A DNA stretch of 47,618 nt, filler included, from Dimargaris cristalligena (Eukaryota), in assembly GCA_003614675.1 (NCBI GenBank). It is 2 parts of 2 records of this genome, joined end to end, with 100 filler letters (N's around TTAATTAATTAA, not from the genome) between each part and the next. Parts side by side here need not be neighbours in the genome. Positions count along the whole stretch, not along the records: positions 1 to 23,793 come from ML002604.1; 1 more part is not named here. The stretch is one strand, 5' to 3'. This document shows positions 12,080 through 23,284 of this stretch, piece after piece. Position 1 is the stretch's first letter, and each line of letters starts with the position of its first letter. Below the pieces are notes generated by a model, which was not told the origin of the DNA, did not search any database, and saw only the letters and a program-made list of their open reading frames with translations. The position numbers and the translations under genes were made by a program.

Positions 12080-14014
12080 ATGTCGCTGTACAACTTCAAA
12101 AAAATCCAGGTGGTCCCCTCGGCCACCGACTTTTTGGACATTATCCTGTCCAAGACCCAGCGTAAGACCCCGACGGTGATCCACCCGGGTTACAAAATCA
12201 GCCGTATCCGCCAGTTCTACATGCGCAAGGTCAAGTTCACGCAAGACGCCTTTGAGGAGAAACTCAACCTCATGTTGGAGGATTTCCCCAAAGTCGACAA
12301 CATCCACCCCTTCTACGCCGACCTCATGAATATTCTGTACGACAAGGACCACTACAAGTTGGCCCTCGGCCAGCTGAACACCGCCCGCCACCTTATCGGG
12401 TCCGTGGCCAAGGATTACGTGCGGTTGTTGAAATTCGGCGACTCGCTGTACCGTTGTAAACAGCTCAAAAAGGCCGCCCTCGGCCGGATGGCCACCATCA
12501 TGAAGCGCCAAAAGGACAGTTTGGCTTACCTGGAACAGGTGCGCCAGCATCTGGCCCGTTTGCCGTCCATCGACCCCACCACCCGGACGTTGATTGTGTG
12601 CGGTTACCCCAACGTGGGTAAGTCCAGTTTCATGAACAAGGTGACCCGCGCCAATGTCGATGTACAGCCCTATGCCTTCACCACCAAGAGTCTGTTCGTG
12701 GGACATATGGACTACAAGTACCTGCGGTGGCAAGTGATTGATACCCCCGGGATTTTGGATCATCCCCTGGAGGACCGTAACACCATTGAAATGCAGTCCA
12801 TTACCGCCCTGGCCCATTTGCGTGCCTGTATCCTGTTCTTCATTGATTTGTCCGAGCAGTGCGGCTTCAGCATCGCCGACCAGGTCAATTTGTTCAACAG
12901 CATCAAGCCCCTGTTCGCCAACAAGCCCACCCAGCTGGTCATCAGTAAAATCGATACCACCCGTCTCGAGGACTTGGACGAAGCCAACCAAACTCTGGTC
13001 CGCGATTTGCTGAAGGATAACGTCGTCCAAATGGCCCAGCTGAGTTCCCACACCGAGGAGGGCGTCATGGAGACCCGTAACGCCGCCTGCGAGCGTCTGT
13101 TGGCCACCCGCGTGGATTCCAAACTCCGCAACCCCAAGATCCACGAGGTGCTCAACAAGCTGCATCTGGCCCAACCCGCTCCCCGCGGCGATGTCTCGGA
13201 ACGTCCCCCCTGTATCCCCGACGCCGTCCGGGCCCGCAAGAAGTACGACTCCGAGGATCCCAAGCGCCCCCGTCTGGAGCGCGATATCGAAATGGAGGAG
13301 GGTGGTCCGGGTGTGTACTCGGTGGATCTCAAGAAGCATTATATGCTCAAGGACGACGACTGGAAGTACGATACCATCCCCGAAATTATGAACGGCAAGA
13401 ACGTGGCCGATTTCGTCGACCCCCAGATCGAGGAGCAGCTGGAGGCTTTGGAACGCGAAGAGGAACGCCTCATCGAACAGGGCATGTACGAGTCGCCCGA
13501 CGATTCGGACGATTCCGAAGACGAGCGGATCCGCGAAACGGCCCAGTCCATCCGCGACCGCAAGATTATTCTACTGCAGGAGAAGCGTCTCAAGCGCAGC
13601 ATGAACTCCGCTCCTCTGCCCAAACGGATCACCAACCGCCTGGCCTCTAATACCCAACTCCAGGCCCATTTATCCTCCCTGGGTATTAACGAGACCATCA
13701 GCGAGAACGTGGCCCGTTCCCGCAGTCGCCCCCGTGCCCTCACCGGAAAGCGTGCCCGTTCCCCCACCCGTGCCGAAGCCCTGGCCCGCGAAGCCAGTGT
13801 GTCGTCGCGTAAACAACAGGAAGTCGCTTCCCGGGGTGAAATTGGTCTCCGGGGTGAGGCCGAGAAGCGGGCGTCCGCTAAACTTAAGCGACTGGGTGAA
13901 CGTTCGCGGAATTTGGAGGCTCGTCAAGGTGAATCGGATCGCCGCATTCCTAACCTTAAACCCAAGCACTTGTTCGCGGGTAAGCGCGGGTCCGGTAAAA
14001 CTGACCGTCGTTAA
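12080..14014 (+). CDS. NOG1: Nucleolar GTP-binding protein 1 (60S biogenesis), intronless, 644 aa
   Basis: N-terminus YNFKKIQVVP…LSKTQRKTPTVIH; G1 GYPNVGKS; G2 YAFTTKSL; G3 DTPGILD; NOGCT region GVYSVDLKKHY…WKYDTIPEI; C-terminus KPKHLFAGKRGSGKTDRR. Strong C-ending codon bias. Confidence 0.99.
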   Translation: MSLYNFKKIQVVPSATDFLDIILSKTQRKTPTVIHPGYKISRIRQFYMRKVKFTQDAFEEKLNLMLEDFPKVDNIHPFYADLMNILYDKDHYKLALGQLNTARHLIGSVAKDYVRLLKFGDSLYRCKQLKKAALGRMATIMKRQKDSLAYLEQVRQHLARLPSIDPTTRTLIVCGYPNVGKSSFMNKVTRANVDVQPYAFTTKSLFVGHMDYKYLRWQVIDTPGILDHPLEDRNTIEMQSITALAHLRACILFFIDLSEQCGFSIADQVNLFNSIKPLFANKPTQLVISKIDTTRLEDLDEANQTLVRDLLKDNVVQMAQLSSHTEEGVMETRNAACERLLATRVDSKLRNPKIHEVLNKLHLAQPAPRGDVSERPPCIPDAVRARKKYDSEDPKRPRLERDIEMEEGGPGVYSVDLKKHYMLKDDDWKYDTIPEIMNGKNVADFVDPQIEEQLEALEREEERLIEQGMYESPDDSDDSEDERIRETAQSIRDRKIILLQEKRLKRSMNSAPLPKRITNRLASNTQLQAHLSSLGINETISENVARSRSRPRALTGKRARSPTRAEALAREASVSSRKQQEVASRGEIGLRGEAEKRASAKLKRLGERSRNLEARQGESDRRIPNLKPKHLFAGKRGSGKTDRR

Positions 14015-14816
14015 GGAAATAGTAACCTCCACCACCCTCCGCTATTCGGGACTATGGAGTTCTCTATCACGGTGGGTTTCTGCGTTCCTAATACCATGGT
14101 TTGTAGTCTGAATGGAGGGGCGAGCAACTCTCTCCGCACCCCTCTTGCAAATCTTATGTCACACATGCATATTGTAGCCCGGTTAGACGGACATGGCATA
14201 TCCCCTCCTTGTATGTGATGTAACTTTGGCTTATTATTACATCTTAAATCACATTCACGTTTGTCTGAACTTCCCATTATAATTATTTATAATGAGGTGG
14301 CTTTTTCTTGTTTTGTGAAATGGATCTACTAGCATTTTCCTCCCCTCTATTACTGTTTCAAAAGTATCTATTATTATCTCCGTTATTTCATTATCATTAT
14401 CTATTATCATTTTGTGGTTGGCCTGTAACCTTTATTTTATATATATGTTACGGCTCTAGTTTTCCTTGGGGAAGTTGGCATGCCATTAAACCCTACCCAT
14501 TTTTCTGTGAACCATGTGTGGATATTGAGTGAGGCCTCGTTTCTATCGAGTTGGCGAAAGGTGGTCGAGAGGGGGAGAGGCAAACATTTATCTTTAATCT
14601 ACCTCGCCGTAGCTGGATCAGTAGTGTTTACTTTCCGACGGTGGATAGTATTTGTATCGATGGTTCTCTGTGGTGAGCTCCAGCTTCATAGCATTTGCCA
14701 AATGCCATCACATGCAGTATAGATAGGGGAGTAATGGCTACAAAATTCGACAAATTTATTACTAAAGGTTCAATGGTAACATGGCTGATTTAGAAGGGTC
14801 TAATATAGGGGGGGGA

Positions 14817-16530
14817 TTAGGGATTCATAGTCTGGTGCGACATTTCGACTAGGGCTTGGGACTTGAGTCCTGACGAGGTATTCACCAGCTGGATGGCATT
14901 CATAAGAAACGTAGGGCAGCAATAGCAGCATCAAGATGGTGAGTGAATACAGTTGGATTAGTGACTGCTAACATGCAAGCATGAAATATAAAAAGCCAGA
15001 TACCCATGTAGATCCAAGATCCATTTACTACCGACATTAGCGTACGCGGTTGTGGATAGCCGAATAGTAAATAGCAATAACTATGATAGTGGTGTGACTA
15101 ACCTTATCCATATTGTCCAACAACTGAGCAGTATGTTGTTTCATCTCTTGAAGAGCCTTGGATTTATCTCGAAGCTCGTTGGCCATGGTATTATTTTGTT
15201 GGTAAATCTGGGTAGCAGACAGGGTAGCCCCATGGTATATATACAAATGTATAGTATTGGATGACAAACGTACTGGGTTATTATAGGCCAATATCCAGAC
15301 ATGGGTTATATGTCGTGACATAGTAGCATTGTTTAACCTAGGTTCCATAAGAGCGGACTTACGTGGTTGTAGGTTTCGGTGAGTCTTTGCAGTTCCATTT
15401 GTTTAGTTTGGTAGGTTCGTGCGCGCACCAATGTGGCTGGATCAGCACCATGGGTTTGGCTACAAGATAAAAGGCGACACAAATAACACCATTTCATTAG
15501 TCGGACGCTTATCATAGTATACCTCAGTATAAGGCATTTTTCCAAATGTTCATGATGAATACAATCATATCCAGAGTATCCTGCGGTAAAAATAATCAAA
15601 AGAAAATCAAATAACGACGCATCGTTGGACTATGTATTCCGGTTTAGGCTTACCCTTTGGTGGTGGCGGGATTCGGCTGCTCCGTACCATTTGGGCGGCA
15701 TTTAGACGCCTCGATAAGCTGATCTAATTGATTGAGCTTCTGGATGAGTCCTCGCTTGTGAATAATAGTTTGGAACTCATCCTAGAGATAGGTAAGCGCC
15801 GTATTATGAGGGAAATGCATGATATGTGCACTTAAAGTTAGTTATACGTATTAAAGAGCGGCCCCTGGCTAATGTGTGATAGTATGTTTGTCTTATAGCA
15901 AGGCAACTGGACGGGGCTAGACCACTGTTCATATGAAATATACCCTTATATAAAGTCAGGTATAATGTCGTAGAATAGCCTTTAGATACATACTTCAGTA
16001 GTTGTACGAAAAAACTCCGAAATCTGGGACTGGGCGGCTGCCAGCAATTTCGGTGATTCTTGGGCTAGGTATGGGAAACATTCTGCCAGCTTTTCAAAAC
16101 TGAACCACGGGGAGAGAGGTAGTACATTAATATATTAATACCGGAGGAGGGTGTAATAAAATAAAGGTCAGTTGGAGGCTTAGTCGCGAGTCTAGCGACT
16201 TCCGGCTTATAGAATTCCCTATTCCCTTCTGCCTACTTACGTGGGAGTAAGTGGGCATCATGGGGTTGGGTTGTAGTTTATCCACCCGCATCTTTCGTGA
16301 ATAAGGCGAATATCGTAGTAGCGGACACCTACGTCTGGGAATTACCTGAATGTATCCACGACGCTGGCCAGGGACTTGTCGAGGAGAAGATTCAATTTAC
16401 TTAGTCGCGGCCCAGGCTGTTCTGGGGCCTCGGTTCGTTGGGCAGACAGTGTCGGTGACGAAAGTTTGGGGGAAGCCAGGGTGGGGTCAGAGTTGTCCTG
16501 GACTCCATTTGACTTGAGGACGTTGCTCAT
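14817..16530 (-). CDS. NNF1: Kinetochore Mis12/MIND complex subunit Nnf1/PMF1; 6 exons, ~230 aa
   Basis: Exons 16530-16346, 16099-15994, 15781-15654, 15459-15363, 15207-15103, 14888-14817. All introns are GT-AG and phase-compatible. The spliced protein has Nnf1 motifs RLSKLNLLLDKSL…SFEKLAECFP…DEFQTIIHKRGLIQKLNQLDQLIEASKCR followed by a coiled coil. Confidence 0.85.
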
Positions 16531-17035
16531 ACTTTTCAGTGGTAACTTGGTTTGAGCGGTCGGATGCTGCTGTGGGTAGTTCGGGACCAGTGTGAGGGGG
16601 GAAATGGCATCACTTGGGTTCAACTACGTTCAGCAGAAGTACGGTAATATCTTACAGGGCCCGCGATAAACAGTTACAATGGGCTATATTGTAAAGGTAA
16701 TGGTGAATAAACAAAGTGCTTCGCAATATGCGGAGGTTTTTTTCGCCTTTTGACATTACTTTCAATGGAAGAACAGGAAAGTACATGCCCAGCGGAGTTA
16801 GAGGCATGGAATCTAGCACCTATGTAGCCAGCCCCTCCCACTTCCATTTAAGTTGTAAACAATTCATGGGAAACCCTTTCTACCCTTCTTTTTCCCACCG
16901 AGTTACATTGGGATGATGCTAAGTGGAGCCAGGCCAATATAGTGGTGAACCAATTATATACAGAAAGCCTCATTTCCCCAGTAATATATTGGCATCACGT
17001 GCCGCGGCGACCTTCAACCGCCGATATATATATAT

Positions 17036-17179
17036 ATATGGGAGAAGTTCATTCAGGCTGTATAATGAAAAATACATTGGATAAGGCCAATATTGCTGGT
17101 TAAAAGTTATTCTCCCACATATTCACCCATACATGTATTATGTAAAACCCTATACAGCTGGTTTGAATTTCACCCATAT
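17036..17179. mobile_element. MITE-like inverted-repeat element, copy A (136-bp core with ATAT flanks)
   Basis: ATAT-GGGAGAAGTTCATTCAGGCTGTATA…TATACAGCTGGTTTGAATTTCACCC-ATAT. Imperfect ~25-bp terminal inverted repeats; aligns without gaps to three other copies in the window. Confidence 0.8.
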
Positions 17180-17583
17180 ATAGGTAGTATTATATATAGT
17201 TCATCAGCCATATAAGGCTGCCACTATATGGTCTGTTTAAAACCCACGCGCAGGTCATACAAGTCACAGCAAGCCACCTCCCCCACATTTCATATAATAC
17301 CAATAAGGTCATAGTGGTTGGACGGCTATTCCCATTCCCAGCTCCTTACGAACCTTCCCCTTCTAATGCCGCTTTCTTTCTCTATTATAACATTCTCTTA
17401 TCCATTCATTGGCCGTGTCTAATCATTTCCCATTTCCCAAAAAGGCCTATAATATTGTATCGACCTTTCTTCCTGCTTAGTAGCCCTCGTACTTCACCAA
17501 CATATATATATATATATATATGTATAGAGAGAGAGAGAGCCCTTCACCACTTTTACCTGCCAACTCACGCGAGTAAAGCGGCC

Positions 17584-18396
17584 ATGCACCCGGCTCATAC
17601 TCGTCGCCTTTTGAAGGAAATCCAAGACTACCACAATGAGCCCTCGGAGCACGAAGGGTTCAAGGACCTCCGGCCGAGGGACGACGACACCATTACTTCC
17701 TGGCAGGTCGTCATTGTCGGCCCGCGCGACACTGGTTATGAAGGTAGGCGAGTAGTTCATTCGTAGAGTCTGTGGCTTAATAGTGCGGGGGTAGGGTGAC
17801 TTGGCCAACGAGTGAATGGTACACTAGATATACTACAGTTCGCTCTCGGGTGACTGTCATCCCCCGAACTGTTTTGTATGAATGTATATAGATGGACTTC
17901 ATTGATCATCTCTCTCTGTCCCGGTCTCGTATGGTGCGAATCTCATAATGTATTCGTAAAAATTGGAATCTTTGGCCCACTATTAACCTCAGATCCTTTC
18001 TACACTTGTTTGATTGCACTTTATTTTCTCCACTTCCATATGGCCCTCGTTGCTTTAGGCGGTCAGTTCCAAGTGACCATTGAGGTACCCTCGGGCTACC
18101 CACTTCAACCCCCCCAGTTCCGCTTTATAACCCCAATTTGCCATCCCAATGTTCATTTTCATACCGGTGAAATCTGCCTGGACATTCTAAAAACGGCCTG
18201 GAGCCCAGCGTGGACCCTCCAAACGGTGTGCCTCGCTATTCACTTGCTTCTATCCAGCCCCGAACCTACCAGCCCGCTCAATTGCGATGCCGCTGCTCTT
18301 CTCCGTTCGGGGGATCTACTGGGCTATCAGTCCCTGGTCCGCATGTATACTCAACTCTATGCTCAGCAGGGCGTGACGAGTAACTACCAAGGTTAA
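17584..18396 (+). CDS. PEX4: Peroxisomal ubiquitin-conjugating enzyme E2 (Pex4); 2 exons
   Basis: Exons 17584-17743 and 18059-18396 (GTAGGC…TAG, phase 1). UBC active site HPNVHFHTGEICLDILKTAWSPAWTL and the Pex4-type tail PEPTSPLNCDAAALLRSGD…SLVRMYT. Confidence 0.9.
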
Positions 18397-18900
18397 GCTG
18401 AAGGAAATGATTAAAGTATACCCATACTTCAACCCCCCCCTCTCCGCTCAATATCATCCGCTCTAGAATACAAACAAGTCTTTGATACCACCCCATTTAT
18501 ACTATAGGACCATTGTCCTTGACTTTTTTTATTTCAGTACTATCTGTATATATCTATATATATCTACGTATCATAATACATTATTAGGATCCATTATGTG
18601 ACCATTACATTAATATTTGGCAATGGCTCGGCTGGGATAGAGTGGTTAAGTATAAATTCGAACTCCCCTCATTTCCTACTAATGGATATATGGTTATGGT
18701 ATGCAGCTGTGTATGCCTATAGACGGGATGTCGGATTGGTGTAAATTCAGCAGAGACTGATGAGAGCTAATCTAGCATTAATGGCGTCGATTAAAGATGG
18801 GGCAGTCTACGAATGCCAATCAAATCCACGATAATACTTAGCCTATTTATTTAATGTTATGATCCTCAAAAGGCCGGTATAACCGGCATTTGGTACGCCT

Positions 18901-18934
18901 AGGCATACGGTACCCCCCCGGGTACCATATGCCT
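18901..18934. repeat. Near-perfect inverted repeat (hairpin)
   Basis: AGGCATACGGTACCC-CCCC-GGGTACCATATGCCT: 15-bp arms with one mismatch. Confidence 0.7.
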
Positions 18935-18987
18935 CATACACCGGCGTTAATTCGGCTCTGGAACTCCTGAAGGAGGTTGCCCTAAGT

Positions 18988-19131
18988 ATATGGGAGAGGT
19001 TCAACCAGGCTGTTTAATGAATAATCAGTTGGATGGAGCAAGTATTACTGGTTGGAAATGAGTTTCCCGCCTATGTTCCCGTACACATGTCATTAAAAAC
19101 CTTACAAAGCTGTGCTGAATTTCATCCATAT
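18988..19131. mobile_element. MITE-like inverted-repeat element, copy B (same orientation as A)
   Basis: ATAT-GGGAGAGGTTCAACCAGGCTGTTTA…CAAAGCTGTGCTGAATTTCATCC-ATAT. Same length as the other copies. Confidence 0.75.
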
Positions 19132-19439
19132 CTCAGCCGCCGTCAGCGCATCCTGCAGTTTTCGAAACCAATACACTTGAAGAAAATATGATAGGGGATA
19201 GATCAATTTATTTACCAAACGGCGGGAATGATATAAATATCCTGGGGTAATACCAGGGCCAAATGTAATGGGTGTTTAGATCTAGGTGTAGTAAGATATG
19301 TAAGGAATGCCATGACATCAGCCACGAGTAAATACATGGTGAAGGATGTCAATGGAGTAAGACCTAAAAGTTGAAACGCGGGCGCTGGGTTGGTGACATA
19401 CCCCCATGTCCAATGTAGAAGGATCGGTCTTGTGAATAT

Positions 19440-20039
19440 TTAGGCGGCCTTAGGCTGAGGAGCCACGGGCTTAGCAGAGACTAGAGCTGGGGTGCCGGGA
19501 GTCGCAGTAGCGGAGGGAGAACTAATGCTAGTTGAAGTGGCCGTGGTAGCGGATACTGAAGAAATCGTAGTCGTTGGCTTCTTAGAGGGTTCATTGGCAG
19601 GCTTAGGTTGGGGTTGGGCCGACCGGGTACCGGCCACCTGCTTGGCCTGGTCAACCCCATTCTTCTTAGTGACCACCTGGGTCTTTTGGTGCTTCTTGCT
19701 CTTGTTCTTATTCTTGTTCTTGGTTTTATCGTCAGTCTTCTTAGTGACATCGGTGGCTGCCCGGACCGCGGGCTTCACAGGGGAGTTCAAGTTGGGAAGG
19801 GCTGCATTGGCGTTAGCATTAGCTTTGGCCTTGACCACAGGGACCACTGGATTGACCTGTTGGGCCTTGGTGGCGGCCGGTACCGTGGGGGTTGGCGTTG
19901 CGGCCGACGATGTGCTCGTGGCAGAGGTGACGGAAATGGTCTGCGAGGTGCTGGGAGTAGGCAACTTAGCGTGGGCAACCGTGGCCAGGGCGACGATGGC
20001 ACCCAGAATGAGCAGCTTCTTGGTCGAGGTGAAAGACAT
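19440..20039 (-). CDS. Secreted Ala/Thr/Pro/Lys-rich low-complexity protein, 199 aa
   Basis: Signal peptide MSFTSTKKLLILGAIVALATVAHA; CACCATG start context; Ser/Thr-rich flanks around a basic core KTKNKNKNKSKKHQK; no Cys; TATAAAA upstream at 20197-20191. Confidence 0.8.
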   Translation of the reverse strand: MSFTSTKKLLILGAIVALATVAHAKLPTPSTSQTISVTSATSTSSAATPTPTVPAATKAQQVNPVVPVVKAKANANANAALPNLNSPVKPAVRAATDVTKKTDDKTKNKNKNKSKKHQKTQVVTKKNGVDQAKQVAGTRSAQPQPKPANEPSKKPTTTISSVSATTATSTSISSPSATATPGTPALVSAKPVAPQPKAA

Positions 20040-20190
20040 GGTGGTGGATGGGATAGGATGTTATGGAAAATGGAAGGGGTGAGGGATGGTGGCAAACAAA
20101 GTGGAATGCGGTGCGAATGTGTGGCAAATGGAAATGTAGATGAATGGATATTGAGATGATATTGTTTATTAGGTGGGCGGGCTAGGCGGG

Positions 20191-20197
20191 TTTTATA
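20191..20197 (-). promoter_or_regulatory. Candidate TATA box of the 199-aa secreted protein gene
   Basis: TATAAAA about 150 nt upstream of ATG 20039. Confidence 0.4.
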
Positions 20198-20879
20198 TGC
20201 TGATAGATCTGGCTTAGCGGACTGACTTCTTCCTACCTCCTCTCCACTTTCCAGCCATTCTCAACGTCGCGCAGACGAGTCAATTCGTCAATTTCCAACC
20301 CTCCCCGTCAGAGGGTAGCCCCATACATCTATTGGCCTGCTCCTTCCGTTGGTGGAGTCCATACAATTGATGAACCAGCTAATCGTGGGGCCAGCATTGT
20401 ATTTTGATCTACTACCTGTACTTGCTCGAGTAAGTGCAGATTAAGATCGGGTATCTTTCACAGTTACAATGATAGTAAGAGAGGCGGATAAAATAGTAAA
20501 AGGGGGAGAGGGTTGGGAAAGTGGGTGAGCGGGGGAAAATAGCGAGCCATAGTAGGTGTTTCACAAAATTGGTAATATGGGTGTTGGGCCAGCTGGTTTA
20601 CCTAAAATTCGCATAACTAGGCTGATCGGCTCATCTACTTAAATTAAAAAGATTGACTCAGTATATCCACAGTGCTTCTCTTTACCAGTCTATTAAAGCA
20701 GCCTAATGGGCGGCATTGGTTAGTATAAATGGACAAAGAATGCCGAAGGGGCCGACAATGATTGTCCCCATGGACGGCGATGGCCAAAGGAAACGGGCGG
20801 TGGTTAGAGAAGGAATAGTGCCGGGCGCGAGGGTTAAAATAAATATATATAAAAGAGAGGTAATGGTATGACAAATGCG

Positions 20880-21240
20880 GCGGTAGAACTCTTCTTGAAT
20901 GGACGCCCTTGCTACAATTCTATCGAATTTCACATTGGATAACAAGATCCACCTTTGTACATCTACCAATTATTAATCGATTCCAAGAATGTCCACAGTT
21001 GGCAGAGAGGGTCGTTTTGGCGGAGCTGAACACTCTATTCAACGGACTCTCTCTCTCTCTCCAGCATATGCAAATGCTGCCACCGATACTGCAGCTTGGC
21101 CAAACTTGTCAAGTGGTAGTGCGTCCCATGTACACCGATTGTCCGCCCGGCCCTTGTACCAGTCTATGAGCTAAGCACCAGTTGGTCGGTCATCTAGCCA
21201 ATCAATATCTACTTGCCCTTTACCAACGTATGGATACTAC
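20880..21240 (-). pseudogene. Possible decayed protein-coding fragment (Sec39/NBAS-like, tentative)
   Basis: Frame-hopping pieces WLDDRPTGA*LIDWYKGRA, LRQNDPLCQLWTFLESIN and LVDVQRWILL, separated by stops and frameshifts. Resemblance is recalled from memory only. Confidence 0.3.
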
Positions 21241-22133
21241 TGCCAGATGGCTCTATGCATAACCGCGGTACACTAGGCCTCATCATTGATAGGCATCCAA
21301 CAACCCCGTCAGCGGATAATGTAGGACAGTAAGGAAGGAAATTGGATGCACTAAGTGAAATGGGACAGATTCCCCTCGTTATCTGAACTATTAGGGAGTA
21401 TGCGGCATTTGAAGATCAATAGATAGGGCGGAAAAGGGACTGCATGGCGGATCAAAAAGTCAATTCAAGTGGAAAGTGGGCGGGCAATCATTAAGCAGAT
21501 TTTGTGGTTTTGATGGCTATGCCATGTAGCCTACATTCACCAACATCCCATAAAAGTCCAATCCTAACATGCCAAAGGCATGCACATCATCCACATTATG
21601 AAGTCTCCCCACTACTCTCACCCAGTAAGTGGGGCTCCCCTTCTCGTTGTTCTTCAATTGGTATTGGTTTACGGAGTCCATATATAGTGCAGTACTGACC
21701 AATCGTAAAACATATGTACGATTTCAAAAAGCCACAGTCTCAGTGATGACCTTGGGCGGCGGAGATTGTAGTACTGTTATTTGCAATCTAATGGCAATAT
21801 TGTTGGAGGTGTATTATGAGTAGAACTCGCAAGCTAAATGCCTTAGCTAATGAACATTAAGTGATAGACGACCCCGAGAAAACGATAGGGTCTCTTCCCT
21901 ATGAAGTATGGTTTGGTGATTGATTAGTCGTTGATACAAGCAACAGAGGGGGCATGCGGGACAGAAAAGTATGGACGTAATTTTGGTGCAAGTTAATATA
22001 GGGAGGAAGGGTTATGCTGGCCCGGAACAATCAAGGTTTTAATAGATTGGTTCGATTCTCAATATTTTACCTAAAGCAGGTATGGCAAAACCAACTCATT
22101 ATCAAGCTTGTTACAATTGATCGTCTATCATTG

Positions 22134-22277
22134 ATATCGGTGAAATCCAGACCAGCTGTATAAGGGTTTAAATGATAGATAGGTGGGAAAATAGAAGGGA
22201 TATTCACTTTTAACTAGTAATAAAGGCCTCATCCAACGGATTTTTCGTTATATAGCCTGGTTAAATCTCTCCCATAT
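22134..22277. mobile_element. MITE-like inverted-repeat element, copy C (opposite orientation to A/B)
   Basis: ATAT-CGGTGAAATCCAGACCAGCTGTATAAGG…GGATTTTTCGTTATATAGCCTGGTTAAATCTCTCCC-ATAT. Confidence 0.8.
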
Positions 22278-22774
22278 AGATGGCCTACTGATCTCTAGGT
22301 TTATATTAATATTATAACTGAACTCTATTGCGATATCTTGGCCTACGGTGCACCATAACATCAATTCCTGAAGTACAGTGGGTATTAGGAAATATTAATG
22401 ATTTCACCCGCCTGACTTCTATAGCCCATCAACAAGGCACAGGGCCAACTATACCACTATAATCGGGTCAACCCATTTGCTGTGAATTGATGATTAGATA
22501 AATCTTCCCGATATTGAACCATCTGTCTATTTGATATCCCCTGCCATAGCCCTTGATATGATCCATTTACACACATTTACGCCCAATTCAGCCTATTTAA
22601 ATGATATTTTTTTTATTGTCCTGGTGTAGGTACTATCTCACTGAATGGGAATGGATTATGTTACGCCAGATCAGCATATGGGGTCAATAAAATTCTCGGG
22701 GAGGGGTGATCCGGCCGAGATTTAATGAAGGGCCACCACCGGTGAGAGGGAATCCAGTTCGGTATAACCAAATA

Positions 22775-23095
22775 TTAGGCAGCAGCGGCGGGGGGTGATC
22801 CAGTGGTGGACGCACTTGGCGGGCCAGCAGATCTCTCCTTGCTACGACCACCCTTCTTTCTGCGGCCACCCTTATTTTAACGGCCACCTATCTTGCCATG
22901 ACCACCCTTCTTGCCGCGACGGATAAGGGATTGGGATTGGGATTGAACCTGGGTGTGGAAATCACTGCAGCGGACTAGGGAAAGACCCTGGGGTAGAACA
23001 GAAGTACTGGACTCATTGGTGGAGCTGGCGAGAACCGCGGTACTGACAACTACGGAGGCCGCGAGGAAGAACTTAATGGCCAAGGATAATTACAT
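22775..23095 (-). pseudogene. Disrupted small secreted cationic prepropeptide gene
   Basis: One frame reads M*LSLAIKFFLAASVVVSTAVLASS…LIRRGKKGGHGKIGGR*NKGGRRKKGGRSKERSAGPPSASTTGSPPAAAA*. In-frame TAA at 23092-23090 and 22879-22877; the GG-basic hexapeptide repeat continues across the second stop. Confidence 0.6.
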
Positions 23096-23277
23096 AATGA
23101 ATTCAAATGGAAATGCGAAGTAAAGAGGTAAGTTGGGTACAGTTGGGTATGACTAATGAACAAACAAATATGCGGTATTGAGAATGCATAGAAAAAGTTG
23201 GTAGGATCTATAAAATGCGAAGTGCAAATGATGAATGTGAGGATATGGTAAATGTGAGGGGGAGGGGAGGTGCGTGC

Positions 23278-23284
23278 TTTTATA
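23278..23284 (-). promoter_or_regulatory. Candidate TATA box of the disrupted peptide gene
   Basis: TATAAAAG about 185 nt upstream of ATG 23095. Confidence 0.35.

Noticed and set aside
12020-13339. 439-aa antisense ORF (and 190-aa and 142-aa ones) over NOG1
   Set aside because: Shadow ORFs explained by the strong C/G third-position bias of NOG1, which removes antisense stops.
17035-17180. Element length of 146 bp matching the nucleosome core
   Set aside because: The number depends on arbitrary flank inclusion: the core is 136 bp, or 144 bp with ATAT. No evidence for nucleosome positioning.
19492-20159. Plus-strand 196-aa and 183-aa ORFs
   Set aside because: Antisense shadows of the low-complexity secreted protein; GTG/TTG starts.
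22775-23095. TAA codon reassignment as the explanation for the in-frame stops
   Set aside because: Conserved genes in the window terminate at TAA and contain no internal TAA.
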